Origin: a virus
Lineage: Duplodnaviria > Heunggongvirae > Uroviricota > Caudoviricetes
Reading direction: 5' to 3' (one strand)
Length of the DNA: 64,000 bases
IMG/VR virus record: IMGVR_UViG_3300020045_008999
Span: 288,001 to 352,000 of that record
Numbering within the stretch: the stretch's first letter is position 1; each line of letters begins with the position of its first letter. The translations under genes and the position numbers were made by a program. The notes beneath the pieces were generated by a model. That model made no database searches. It saw only the letters and a list, made by a program, of their open reading frames with translations, and was not told the DNA's origin. Below, one piece after another: positions 49,589 to 58,232 of this stretch.

Positions 49589-50110
49589 TTACTTTATGAA
49601 TATAAATTCAATATAAATTGGATTCAGTTTATATTTTTTTGCCATTTCGGTGATGATTGTATCGTCTTCACAATACAAAAGTCCGAATTCAGTTTCAATA
49701 TTATCGATAATCACATCCATGATGTCATCAAAATCACTATAATCATACTTTTCTAAAAGTCGATCATATATTGCATCAACACGTTTATCATTACACTCAA
49801 TATAGGCGATAAAGTCGTTTTCAATAAACCAACCGGTTACTCTACCTTTAGTAGTGTAAGTGGACGTATATATGTATTTAAAGTCCTTTTCGTAGCCGCT
49901 TTGTTTGAGTGCATTTACGAATTTTAAAATCGCATTTGGTTCATTCGAATTATCATCAGATTCAACATTCAGGTTGTCTAAGTTTTCATTATTACTGATT
50001 CTCGATAGTAGTGTATTATCCATTTTCGATAGAGACCCCAATCCACCTGATGATATTTTATCTAGGATTTTGTTGAGGATTTGTTCGCGTTCGGTTGTGT
50101 TTCTTTCCAT
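49589..50110 (-). CDS. Hypothetical protein with N-terminal DUF6576-like motif
   Basis: ILNKILDKISSGGLGSLSKMDNTLL. Confidence 0.55.
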   Translation of the reverse strand: MERNTTEREQILNKILDKISSGGLGSLSKMDNTLLSRISNNENLDNLNVESDDNSNEPNAILKFVNALKQSGYEKDFKYIYTSTYTTKGRVTGWFIENDFIAYIECNDKRVDAIYDRLLEKYDYSDFDDIMDVIIDNIETEFGLLYCEDDTIITEMAKKYKLNPIYIEFIFIK

Positions 50111-50119
50111 TTTTTATTA

Positions 50120-50368
50120 TTAGTAGGTTTGTGATAACAATAATCCTATTACATGAGTTCTGAATTGCTTAGGTTCTATAAATTTTTCGATATTATCCAT
50201 TACTAAATCTATACTAACACCATTTTCCACTGAGGAATTAAATACCAAGTAATGGGTATTACTTATGGGTTGAATGAAATAAGTTTTGCCATAGATTAGT
50301 GAATTATTATCACCTATATACTTCAGTACATGAGTTTTAAGACGTCGTGTTTTTAATAATATATGCAT
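50120..50368 (-). CDS. Small SH3-like hypothetical protein (diverged paralogue)
   Basis: LKYIG...LIYGKTY...KFIEPKQFRTHVIGLLL. Confidence 0.45.
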   Translation of the reverse strand: MHILLKTRRLKTHVLKYIGDNNSLIYGKTYFIQPISNTHYLVFNSSVENGVSIDLVMDNIEKFIEPKQFRTHVIGLLLSQTY

Positions 50369-50862
50369 TATTTTTTTCCTAAAAGTTGATATAGGTCAAT
50401 TCCATTTTTAATCAAATATCCAACACTATCTAATGTTTTAATAGTTGTTCTTAAATATTCAATATGACTCTCAATGAGTTCTATGGTGTTAACATACACG
50501 GCAATGTGTGCATCAATTAGAGTCGTCTTCTCACCCATATTTGTTTTTAGCCCAAAACCGGTTGAATAGAAAATTAATTTTTCGTGTTTGATTTTTTTAA
50601 GTCCAATCATCTCCTTACTTCGTTTGTTCAGAAATAAACTAATTTCATCACTTATTGAAATTCTAAAAGATAGTGCAGATATAGAACTTTCCATGATCTT
50701 CTCGGATTGTCCGAGTGAAAAATTATGCTGTAATGATGTAATAATTGGAATAAGTTCTTTAGTCCATTGAGCGCGTTTTGAATCAAAAAAGACAACAAGT
50801 TGTTCATTTGAAATTTCTTTTTTATTAATTCGTTCTATTTCTTCGGGTGAGAATGGGTTCAT
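50368..50862 (-). CDS. uvsY: UvsY-like recombination mediator
   Basis: Helical protein with ..FYS......EK..LID...IEYL...IK.L...GY.IKN.I.L C-terminus; AAAC-N18-TATAAA promoter at 50880-50907. Confidence 0.65.
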   Translation of the reverse strand: MNPFSPEEIERINKKEISNEQLVVFFDSKRAQWTKELIPIITSLQHNFSLGQSEKIMESSISALSFRISISDEISLFLNKRSKEMIGLKKIKHEKLIFYSTGFGLKTNMGEKTTLIDAHIAVYVNTIELIESHIEYLRTTIKTLDSVGYLIKNGIDLYQLLGKK

Positions 50863-50909
50863 CTTGGATTGTTTATTATTTTATATCTAATTTCGATAGG
50901 ATTGTTTAT

Positions 50910-51605
50910 TTATTCTTCTACTTCATTGATATACAGATACACATATTTCATGAACTTTTGCATTTCTTTTGGTGTAAGTACTTTTTTATAAATATCGTGT
51001 ACCCATGTTTCTGTTTTTTTAGTATCCTTGATACTATCTAACATTTGTGCTTTGCTGAGACCCTTTGCTTTCATCTGATCCACCATTGATTGTGCGTATG
51101 CCATCTGTTCAGTATGGTGAGAAAAATATTCTTTTGTGCCCTTATCATCACCACCGGGTGCTCTTTCTAATGAGTAGGAATTCTTATCGCTACGCTGCAC
51201 TTGTTGAGCATGGATACTTTCGTGACGTAATATTTCATGTAATAATTTTATAAACGGGTGTAATTTATCAGTTTTTAGCATTATCATTAACTCATCAATC
51301 ATAACGACTATCTGTGTTTGATTAATGTGTTTATTGAATAATGCAAATTGTAAGCCGGGGAAGATTTTCATTTCTTTTGGTGGTGCTTTTTCGCGTTCAG
51401 TATCTGTTACTAAAGTTGAATAGAATGTATCGTAATCAACGAACTGTACCCCGGTTCCAATACATAAATGGTTTATATCTTCGAATGAGGTAATATTTAG
51501 TGCATTTTCTTTTATTTGTGATAGTAATTCACCATAATCATATGGTTTGATGATTGATTCATTTACTGCATTAAATGCTTTAAATGATGTTTTGATATTT
51601 TTCAT
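50910..51605 (-). CDS. Zincin-like metallopeptidase, candidate internal head protein
   Basis: HESIH..Q (HExxH) and Y....EQMAYA; N-terminal MKNIKTSFKAFNAVNES. Confidence 0.65.
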   Translation of the reverse strand: MKNIKTSFKAFNAVNESIIKPYDYGELLSQIKENALNITSFEDINHLCIGTGVQFVDYDTFYSTLVTDTEREKAPPKEMKIFPGLQFALFNKHINQTQIVVMIDELMIMLKTDKLHPFIKLLHEILRHESIHAQQVQRSDKNSYSLERAPGGDDKGTKEYFSHHTEQMAYAQSMVDQMKAKGLSKAQMLDSIKDTKKTETWVHDIYKKVLTPKEMQKFMKYVYLYINEVEE

Positions 51606-51608
51606 ATT

Positions 51609-52511
51609 TTATATTTTTTGTATAAATAAGTATAATTTGTATATACTGTTCCCTTTAATGTTTTTAATACGTTTCAATTGTTCACCATCAATAGAGTCCA
51701 TAACCTTATAAACACCCAAATTTTGTCCTTTTTCGTTTAATACCTTAACAGTATTTCCCGCTTGTCCGTAGGTACCCATAACAGCAATATACTTATTGCC
51801 ATATATACTTTTTAAGAAGCTCATTCTTAAATTTTTAATATCCACCGAATTATTAACATATTGATTATCCATAGGTGATTTCAAGTCAATATCTGATTCA
51901 GTATCACTTATTTTAATAGTAATGAATTTCCGATCCCCATCAGATAATGATAGTTCTTCTTTATCCTGTATTTCTTTGGCTTTAATTAATATCTGTTGGT
52001 TTTTTCTAATTTGGTTGAAATCTGCACGGGCGATAATCCCACCGCGCATTCCTTTATCCTCCATGTTATATCCAGCCGGCGGCAATCTAAAGAAGCTTCC
52101 GGTAAAGGTCATTGATAGTACGCGATCTAGGCGAAACATTCTCCATATCTTCTTCATTTGACGGTTGGATGAAACGGACCATCCAGTTAAGTGATATCCC
52201 CTAATTAAAATTTTACCGGTTGATGATTTTCCAATTACCAATGGGTAAAAAGTTCGTTCCGATCCGGCAAAGTGTTTGTCCTTTTCACCTTTATAATTCA
52301 TTAAAAATACCATCCCAAATTTAATAGCCTTTATGACTAAATCCATATCTGGCTTCATTGGTTCATTAATTGGAACTTTTTCTATTTCTCTTACATTTTT
52401 AATACTAAATCTAGGTACGTATTCATTGTCCTCATTCAAACTATATTTTTGATATGGTACAAACTCAACTAATTTAGTATTGTAATAAGTCTTTATCTGT
52501 TTTAGATTCAT
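51609..52511 (-). CDS. WYL-domain protein
   Basis: Y.G......ERTFYPLVIG......LIRGY...G.S......WRMFRLDRV WYL core; late motif 52516-52524. Confidence 0.75.
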   Translation of the reverse strand: MNLKQIKTYYNTKLVEFVPYQKYSLNEDNEYVPRFSIKNVREIEKVPINEPMKPDMDLVIKAIKFGMVFLMNYKGEKDKHFAGSERTFYPLVIGKSSTGKILIRGYHLTGWSVSSNRQMKKIWRMFRLDRVLSMTFTGSFFRLPPAGYNMEDKGMRGGIIARADFNQIRKNQQILIKAKEIQDKEELSLSDGDRKFITIKISDTESDIDLKSPMDNQYVNNSVDIKNLRMSFLKSIYGNKYIAVMGTYGQAGNTVKVLNEKGQNLGVYKVMDSIDGEQLKRIKNIKGNSIYKLYLFIQKI

Positions 52512-52572
52512 ATACTATATATAAAAAATATGCTCTGTAATTTTTATATATACAGTAAAATAAAATTATTTC

Positions 52573-53268
52573 ATGGAAGATCGAAAAACATCAATAGAAA
52601 TGGACATTTATTATGATAAAATAAATACTTTAGTTGACAAATATATTGATGAATGGAATATTAAACCCTCAAACTTATATAAGTATTTGAAATTTGGAAA
52701 TAAAAGATTTGAAAAATTTATAAGTAACTCAGGGTTGACGGATTTCAAATACATTAACAAAGTCGTTACTGATGTATTGGAGGATCGTTTAGCTATGGAA
52801 TTAGATGGTGTTCTCACATTTGAAAGTTATTTGATTAACGAAGCAATTTTAAGTGATATTGATCCTTCGGATATTAATCATGAAAAAATATTAGCAGATC
52901 TTTATAATACCTCACTAGGACATATCAATATAATTGATACTTATAAACACATATACCAGGTTAATGATTTTGGATCAATCTTTAATGTTATTATTTACTC
53001 AGGGGCTGAGGTTGATAAAATTAAATTTAATATAAAAGAGGATTTTAGTACTAAAATTGCAAATAAAAAACTCACGATTGATTCAGTGGGTGTAGTATTT
53101 AAATTATCAGATATTTTAGCAAGTGATAAATTAGCAAAAGAATTTGAAGAAAAATTAGATTACAAAAATCTAATGGAATATATTTTAAAATTATTGAAGT
53201 CCGACATATCCGATTCAGAACTTACGTATAAAGAATTTAAAGGGTTTCATATTTGGGAAATCGTGTAA
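52573..53268 (+). CDS. Hypothetical late protein
   Basis: Late motif 52544-52552; internal VLTFESYLINE motif. Confidence 0.55.
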   Translation: MEDRKTSIEMDIYYDKINTLVDKYIDEWNIKPSNLYKYLKFGNKRFEKFISNSGLTDFKYINKVVTDVLEDRLAMELDGVLTFESYLINEAILSDIDPSDINHEKILADLYNTSLGHINIIDTYKHIYQVNDFGSIFNVIIYSGAEVDKIKFNIKEDFSTKIANKKLTIDSVGVVFKLSDILASDKLAKEFEEKLDYKNLMEYILKLLKSDISDSELTYKEFKGFHIWEIV

Positions 53269-53360
53269 GAAATATACATTACTTTTAAAAAAAAGGTGCA
53301 ACATCATGATATATATATAATAAATATATTATTATTATATTATATATTTTTGTTCTAATC

Positions 53361-53397
53361 TAAATAATCCCTTATATTGATTATAAGGGATTATTTA
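53361..53397. repeat. Perfect 16-bp inverted repeat in an AT-rich intergenic region
   Basis: taaataatcccttata-ttgat-tataagggattattta. Confidence 0.8.
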
Positions 53398-53477
53398 ATT
53401 TAATTGATATATTGACTTATAGATTGTTTAATTTTGTAAATAAGGCATGTTTAATGAATAATTAGTATAGTATATAT

Positions 53478-55253
53478 TTATTCTGATCGCCACATGATAA
53501 AATTATATCCATTGGTAGTAATTTCTTCCACTTCCCCATTATATGTATCTAATGAATCCGCAGTACCATATACATTGATTGCTAGTTCTGCTAATTTATA
53601 GGTATCGACGTGTGTACTGGCGGATAAATACATATCACCGTCCATCATTTCAGCATATCCATATGGATCATCCTCTATTTCTTCTTTTCTATCACTATTC
53701 ATTTGTGATAACACACTATCTTCCATATCATCCTTTAGACTTTGAATATAATCATCAAAAGAAGACTCTGACATATCACCATCTTCATCTGCTTCGATTT
53801 CACTATAATCTTCCCAATTATCGCGGATGTCATCTTCGTCAATATGTTCAGACCATTCAATATCTTCTGGAACCGATTCATGAAAAAGTGATTCAATGAA
53901 TGTATGTCGATTTACTGCTTGTCTTACAAAATATTTATCACGATACGCATCAAAAGGATTATCAAAATCTTCGATTCTTCCTTCTTCGTAATCGGTTCCG
54001 TAATCCATTACATCTTCCTCTTCACCTATTTTAAATTTCATTTGTTCAAATTCAAATGTATAAATATTGTAACTATTAGATTCCGAATCAGATATATCAA
54101 ATAAAACATCATAAATATCTTCATCAATACTTTCTAAGAAAGGTAAATCAAGACCGTGATTATCCGTTAAATATTCAATCAATGTCTGTACTAAATCATT
54201 ACTATCATCCCATTCATCAATCTCACGTTTAAGTAAATTTTCTTCGCTAAGTCTGGCAATTCTATTTTGTTCAGCAATTATTAACATTTTTTCATTCTCT
54301 GATAACATGCGCTCATATTCTACCCTTGCTGCTTCTTTTTCTTCATTACTAATCGGTGTTAAGTATTTCATTAAATTTTCAATATGCTCAGGAATGTTTG
54401 ATTTTATTTCGTAGTCATTAAAATCATGAGCGTCTGTAATATTACCAGAATTACCGATGGTTACACCACAAAAGTATAATGGGTCTGAAATTAATAATTT
54501 AAAATTCCAAATAAAATATTGTTGTTTAATTGAATTTATGCTTGGTGTTACAATACTTTTCCAGCTACTAGGCTGGTTTACAATACACCAGTTAGTGGAA
54601 CCTAGATATGCGGATGCTTCAAATTTTTTAATTTTTGTTATGATAATTTCTTCATCCGGATCTTGGTATACTATTTCAGCACCATCAACTGAGGCGATTT
54701 TAGCAATCATGCTATCATAATTACCTCCACTTTTAAATTTAGATATAAAGTCAGCCATTGTATCAACAAGTTCATGATAGTCAGAAACTTTTGATATTTT
54801 CTTAAAGAAACCATTTTTGACCTCAATATCATATATGTCTTGTGCTAGTATGGCGAACTTTTCAACATAATTACCGGAATCGTCAAGCACCATAGTCTTC
54901 AATACTTTTGGTAGTTCATCATGTACAGATTTTATTTTTTTCTGCATTCTAATCTTATCAATTTCATCAATAAGATCATTATAATTGGTATAGTTGACAG
55001 CCGCATTTCTTAATTTGGAAGCATCGTTCGATTTTAGGAACTCTAATAATTTAGTAAGATCATTTAGATTTACCGATTGTTCATAATGAAAAATGGTGAA
55101 CATTCCCAAAAATCCGGTATTATTCCTAAGTAGATCTTTTATTAATGTAAAATTATCATCATTTCTATCAACATTGATACGTTTTAAATATGCAGTTGCT
55201 TGTTTTAAATTTTCATTAATAATAAATGAATTCCAATTTGCTATTTTTTTCAT
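53478..55253 (-). CDS. Hypothetical protein (591 aa) with G-S-T-N-W-C-I module and acidic C-terminal half; candidate internal head protein
   Basis: MKKIANWNSFIINEN; ASAYLGSTNWCI...QYFIWNF; very D/E-rich C-terminus; late motif 55273-55281. Confidence 0.6.
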   Translation of the reverse strand: MKKIANWNSFIINENLKQATAYLKRINVDRNDDNFTLIKDLLRNNTGFLGMFTIFHYEQSVNLNDLTKLLEFLKSNDASKLRNAAVNYTNYNDLIDEIDKIRMQKKIKSVHDELPKVLKTMVLDDSGNYVEKFAILAQDIYDIEVKNGFFKKISKVSDYHELVDTMADFISKFKSGGNYDSMIAKIASVDGAEIVYQDPDEEIIITKIKKFEASAYLGSTNWCIVNQPSSWKSIVTPSINSIKQQYFIWNFKLLISDPLYFCGVTIGNSGNITDAHDFNDYEIKSNIPEHIENLMKYLTPISNEEKEAARVEYERMLSENEKMLIIAEQNRIARLSEENLLKREIDEWDDSNDLVQTLIEYLTDNHGLDLPFLESIDEDIYDVLFDISDSESNSYNIYTFEFEQMKFKIGEEEDVMDYGTDYEEGRIEDFDNPFDAYRDKYFVRQAVNRHTFIESLFHESVPEDIEWSEHIDEDDIRDNWEDYSEIEADEDGDMSESSFDDYIQSLKDDMEDSVLSQMNSDRKEEIEDDPYGYAEMMDGDMYLSASTHVDTYKLAELAINVYGTADSLDTYNGEVEEITTNGYNFIMWRSE

Positions 55254-55285
55254 ATTATGTAAATGTTTTACCTATATATAAAAAC

Positions 55286-55312
55286 AAAAAAACGCACTTG
55301 ATAGTGCGTTTT
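55286..55312. terminator. Intrinsic terminator
   Basis: aaaaacgcact-tgat-agtgcgttttt. Confidence 0.75.
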
Positions 55313-55536
55313 TATTTGATTAACCAACCAATTCCGTGTGGGAAACGTGAGTCAATATATTTTCTAATTTGATCACATTTCTCATATTCTTCTAACCCTT
55401 CATAATATATTTTCATTTTACCAAGATAACGTTGTGTATATGGTTTATTTACCATATTTAAATGTTCGCCATTGAGCAAACGTTTATAATCTTCTGAGAA
55501 AATATATTCAACTGTGATATTAACTTGGGTTTTCAT
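55312..55536 (-). CDS. Small protein with UVR (UvrB/C)-like motif
   Basis: M..YYEGLEEYEKCDQIRKYI matches the E.YE.A..IRD.I UVR pattern. Confidence 0.5.
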   Translation of the reverse strand: MKTQVNITVEYIFSEDYKRLLNGEHLNMVNKPYTQRYLGKMKIYYEGLEEYEKCDQIRKYIDSRFPHGIGWLIK

Positions 55537-56632
55537 AAAAATGCTTTCTTATTTTTAATAATGAATTACTTAAAAATTGGATCACTTCTTCACTTGGTCG
55601 TTCCGGTAGTGAAGTATTACTATCATATAGAGTTTTCATTAATACTAAATCATTTTGTGAATTAGTCAACAATGTTTCTAAATCAATTTCACCATTTTTT
55701 ATAGCTAATAAATATTCTCGGTTTGGCCGTTTCATAATTACCCCTTTGCCCTCACCAATTTCATTACCCATGTCTATCAATCGCTGAGTATGCATCATAT
55801 TCTTACCATCAATTTTACTTTCACTATTATTAACTGCTATCCAACGATCCATATTTCGTTTAGTTAAATAATCTTGGTATTCATTGAAATCGGAACAATG
55901 TTTACTATAAGCATCTTTATTAAAGCTAAGGTGACCGATGAAAAAGTTACTTGGAATATCTTTGGGGATACTACTGACACGAACTTCATTTGATGCACCA
56001 ATTTCAATACCTCTTAAACCGATTATTTCTGAGAAATCATAATAGGCCGCGTATGAATCTCTTGCATGCGGCAGTTTAGCCAATCCTACTAGATTTGGGT
56101 TGAGATTTTGTTCAGAAAGATATTTTGATATTTCAATAGTTTTTATCCCATCCATGAGATAACAAAAATCAATTGGGGTTTTACGTACAGTTCTACTTTT
56201 TTCCCAATTGTTTTTTTTATCCTTCCCCTTTGATTTCAAAATTTGTTTATTCGCGTATGAGGTGAATGTTCGGTAGCATATTTTCGACAAATAAGAATCC
56301 CGGTTAGAAATCAATTCATCAAAGATTGGATGCTGATATATAACACAATCAGTTGTTGTATTAATTACCTCAAGTGCGGTTGGATTATTCCCCTTTAACA
56401 TAGATATAAATTTCTTTATTTCAAAAAGAGAAATATTATTGTTATCGGTGTTTATTTCAGTAATATCTGAATCTAAAAAGAAATCATTGGATCCCATGAT
56501 AAATACCCCTCGATAATCACGATCTGACTTCTCGGTGTTTGTACCATACGAATGTGATCCACCAAGAACTACAAATAATAGTTCGGCACCTGGGTGTTTT
56601 TCGGATAATAAGTTTTGTATTTTATCTTGCAT
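55520..56632 (-). CDS. Pol-beta-superfamily nucleotidyltransferase (RlaP/YcgL/T4 NrdC.11-like)
   Basis: GGSHSYGTN...SDRDYRGVF, NPTALE, DGKNMMH..RL and LL.IK.GE motifs; TATATTTG at 56646-56653 (minus strand). Confidence 0.8.
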   Translation of the reverse strand: MQDKIQNLLSEKHPGAELLFVVLGGSHSYGTNTEKSDRDYRGVFIMGSNDFFLDSDITEINTDNNNISLFEIKKFISMLKGNNPTALEVINTTTDCVIYQHPIFDELISNRDSYLSKICYRTFTSYANKQILKSKGKDKKNNWEKSRTVRKTPIDFCYLMDGIKTIEISKYLSEQNLNPNLVGLAKLPHARDSYAAYYDFSEIIGLRGIEIGASNEVRVSSIPKDIPSNFFIGHLSFNKDAYSKHCSDFNEYQDYLTKRNMDRWIAVNNSESKIDGKNMMHTQRLIDMGNEIGEGKGVIMKRPNREYLLAIKNGEIDLETLLTNSQNDLVLMKTLYDSNTSLPERPSEEVIQFLSNSLLKIRKHFYENPS

Positions 56633-56685
56633 CTTTTATTTTTTACAAATATACAAATTAATATATAACAAAAACAACTAACCAT

Positions 56686-57303
56686 ATGATTACTTATAAA
56701 AACTTATTAGATTTTGTCGCAGAAAATAAAAAAGCACTAAATAAAGATAGTTTAATATTAATTTTGGACAAGCAAACAAATAATTTTAAAATATATAGTC
56801 ATTCTGGATATCTAAACATAGACACCTTTCAATTTACTGATACCGATGGAAAAATACTCTTTACTGAACTAAAGAGTAATTCTGGTAAAGTTGATTCAAC
56901 TGGTGTAATATCAATGTGGGTATTTCCACAGAAATGTATATTGGATCCAAGTATTGAAAAAACGAGTTTATCAACATTCAGAGATGTTGAATATAATAAT
57001 TCTTTTGATAGACATGGGTTTGTTACCATTGATGAATTTAATAAAAATCTCAAAAAATACAATTTCAATGATGAATCGATATTGACAACATGTGGTGTAG
57101 GGCCGGACTTTGCAATGGTATCTGGTATTGAACTATTAACAAAACCCAAATTTCACATGACTGATTCATATGGACACCGTAATGAGTATTCGTATAAGTA
57201 TAACTGCATTGCAATTGTACTTGGTGATGAAATTAAAAGGGATTATATCAGAGAATCAAACACCATAATAAAATTTGGTGACTTTTCGAAAAAAATCCAC
57301 TAA
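56686..57303 (+). CDS. Hypothetical protein, candidate internal head protein
   Basis: MITYKNLLDFVAE N-terminus and IIKFGDF C-terminus; late motif 56659-56667. Confidence 0.55.
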   Translation: MITYKNLLDFVAENKKALNKDSLILILDKQTNNFKIYSHSGYLNIDTFQFTDTDGKILFTELKSNSGKVDSTGVISMWVFPQKCILDPSIEKTSLSTFRDVEYNNSFDRHGFVTIDEFNKNLKKYNFNDESILTTCGVGPDFAMVSGIELLTKPKFHMTDSYGHRNEYSYKYNCIAIVLGDEIKRDYIRESNTIIKFGDFSKKIH

Positions 57304-57307
57304 ATTC

Positions 57308-57634
57308 ATGAAAATAATAAAACTTTTCGAAGATTTTACTCGATATAATTTTGGTAAATATGTAGATAATCTAATCGAAATAGAAAATGATATATCAAAA
57401 GATAAAATATCACTCACACTGGAAGATTATGAAATGATAAGTAATGCAGTTCCGGGAATTATTTATCGGAGCGTACATGGCATAAAATTTATAATGATGA
57501 CAAAAGGCAATCATACATATATGATTTATTCATTAGGTGATTATTGTTATTATAAGATAACGTTATATTTCAACCAAACGACAGGTATACATATCATTGA
57601 TGGAATCGATGAACTAATTGACAGTTTATTTTAA
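57308..57634 (+). CDS. Hypothetical protein, candidate internal head protein
   Basis: Start MKIIKLFEDF at 57308. Confidence 0.55.
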   Translation: MKIIKLFEDFTRYNFGKYVDNLIEIENDISKDKISLTLEDYEMISNAVPGIIYRSVHGIKFIMMTKGNHTYMIYSLGDYCYYKITLYFNQTTGIHIIDGIDELIDSLF

Positions 57635-57675
57635 TATGTAATGGGGATCAATAACATTGATCCCCATTACATATT
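57633..57675. terminator. Long 20-bp perfect hairpin between convergent genes
   Basis: aatatgtaatggggatcaat-aac-attgatccccattacatatt. Confidence 0.65.
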
Positions 57676-57726
57676 CGTATTTTTTCTGGTGATAAATGGG
57701 CTATAAAACTATTGTGTTTATAATCC

Positions 57727-58110
57727 CTATTGTATTTGATTAATTGTGTATTTTAAATCTTCTTCAAATTGTTCTTTTGTTCTTATATCAAACCAATTGT
57801 TGATAAGGGCATTGATGAACCCTTTATATTTATGGTTTTTGGAATAAAAAATTTCTTCGATTTCGCTAATATTAATTCTGAATTTTTCGGCTTTACATTC
57901 TGATGAATTATATAAACAAATTACATCCAAATAATACAATTCTTCATCTTTATTGTACCTTTCTTTGTTCCAAGTTGTAAAAACAGGGATGATCTTAATT
58001 GACCGTCTTATACCAGTTTCGAAATAGTATGATATTTCTGTTGGTATATCAACATTCATTGCTTCTATCTCAACTGGTTTATATTTATATTGTTTTATAG
58101 TTAATTTCAT
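57727..58110 (-). CDS. Hypothetical early protein
   Basis: ORF under a full Bacteroidota-type promoter. Confidence 0.6.
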   Translation of the reverse strand: MKLTIKQYKYKPVEIEAMNVDIPTEISYYFETGIRRSIKIIPVFTTWNKERYNKDEELYYLDVICLYNSSECKAEKFRINISEIEEIFYSKNHKYKGFINALINNWFDIRTKEQFEEDLKYTINQIQ

Positions 58111-58135
58111 AATCGTTTACTGGATCGTTAAAATA

Positions 58136-58166
58136 CAAATTTAATAAAAAAAAAATAATATGCAAA
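58136..58166 (-). promoter_or_regulatory. Bacteroidota housekeeping promoter TTTG-N19-TAAATTTG
   Basis: -33 TTTG (58163-58166) and -7 TAnnTTTG (58136-58143) with canonical spacing. Confidence 0.7.
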
Positions 58167-58232
58167 TATTTACCCATCATATTTAAAGTAAAACTCAAAA
58201 TTAATATATACAATAAATTGATATTTTATACA

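Noticed and set aside
53269-53477. tRNA or other known structured RNA in intergenic gaps
   Set aside because: Too AT-rich, with no cloverleaf or T-loop GTTC consensus; no tRNA was recognised anywhere in the window.
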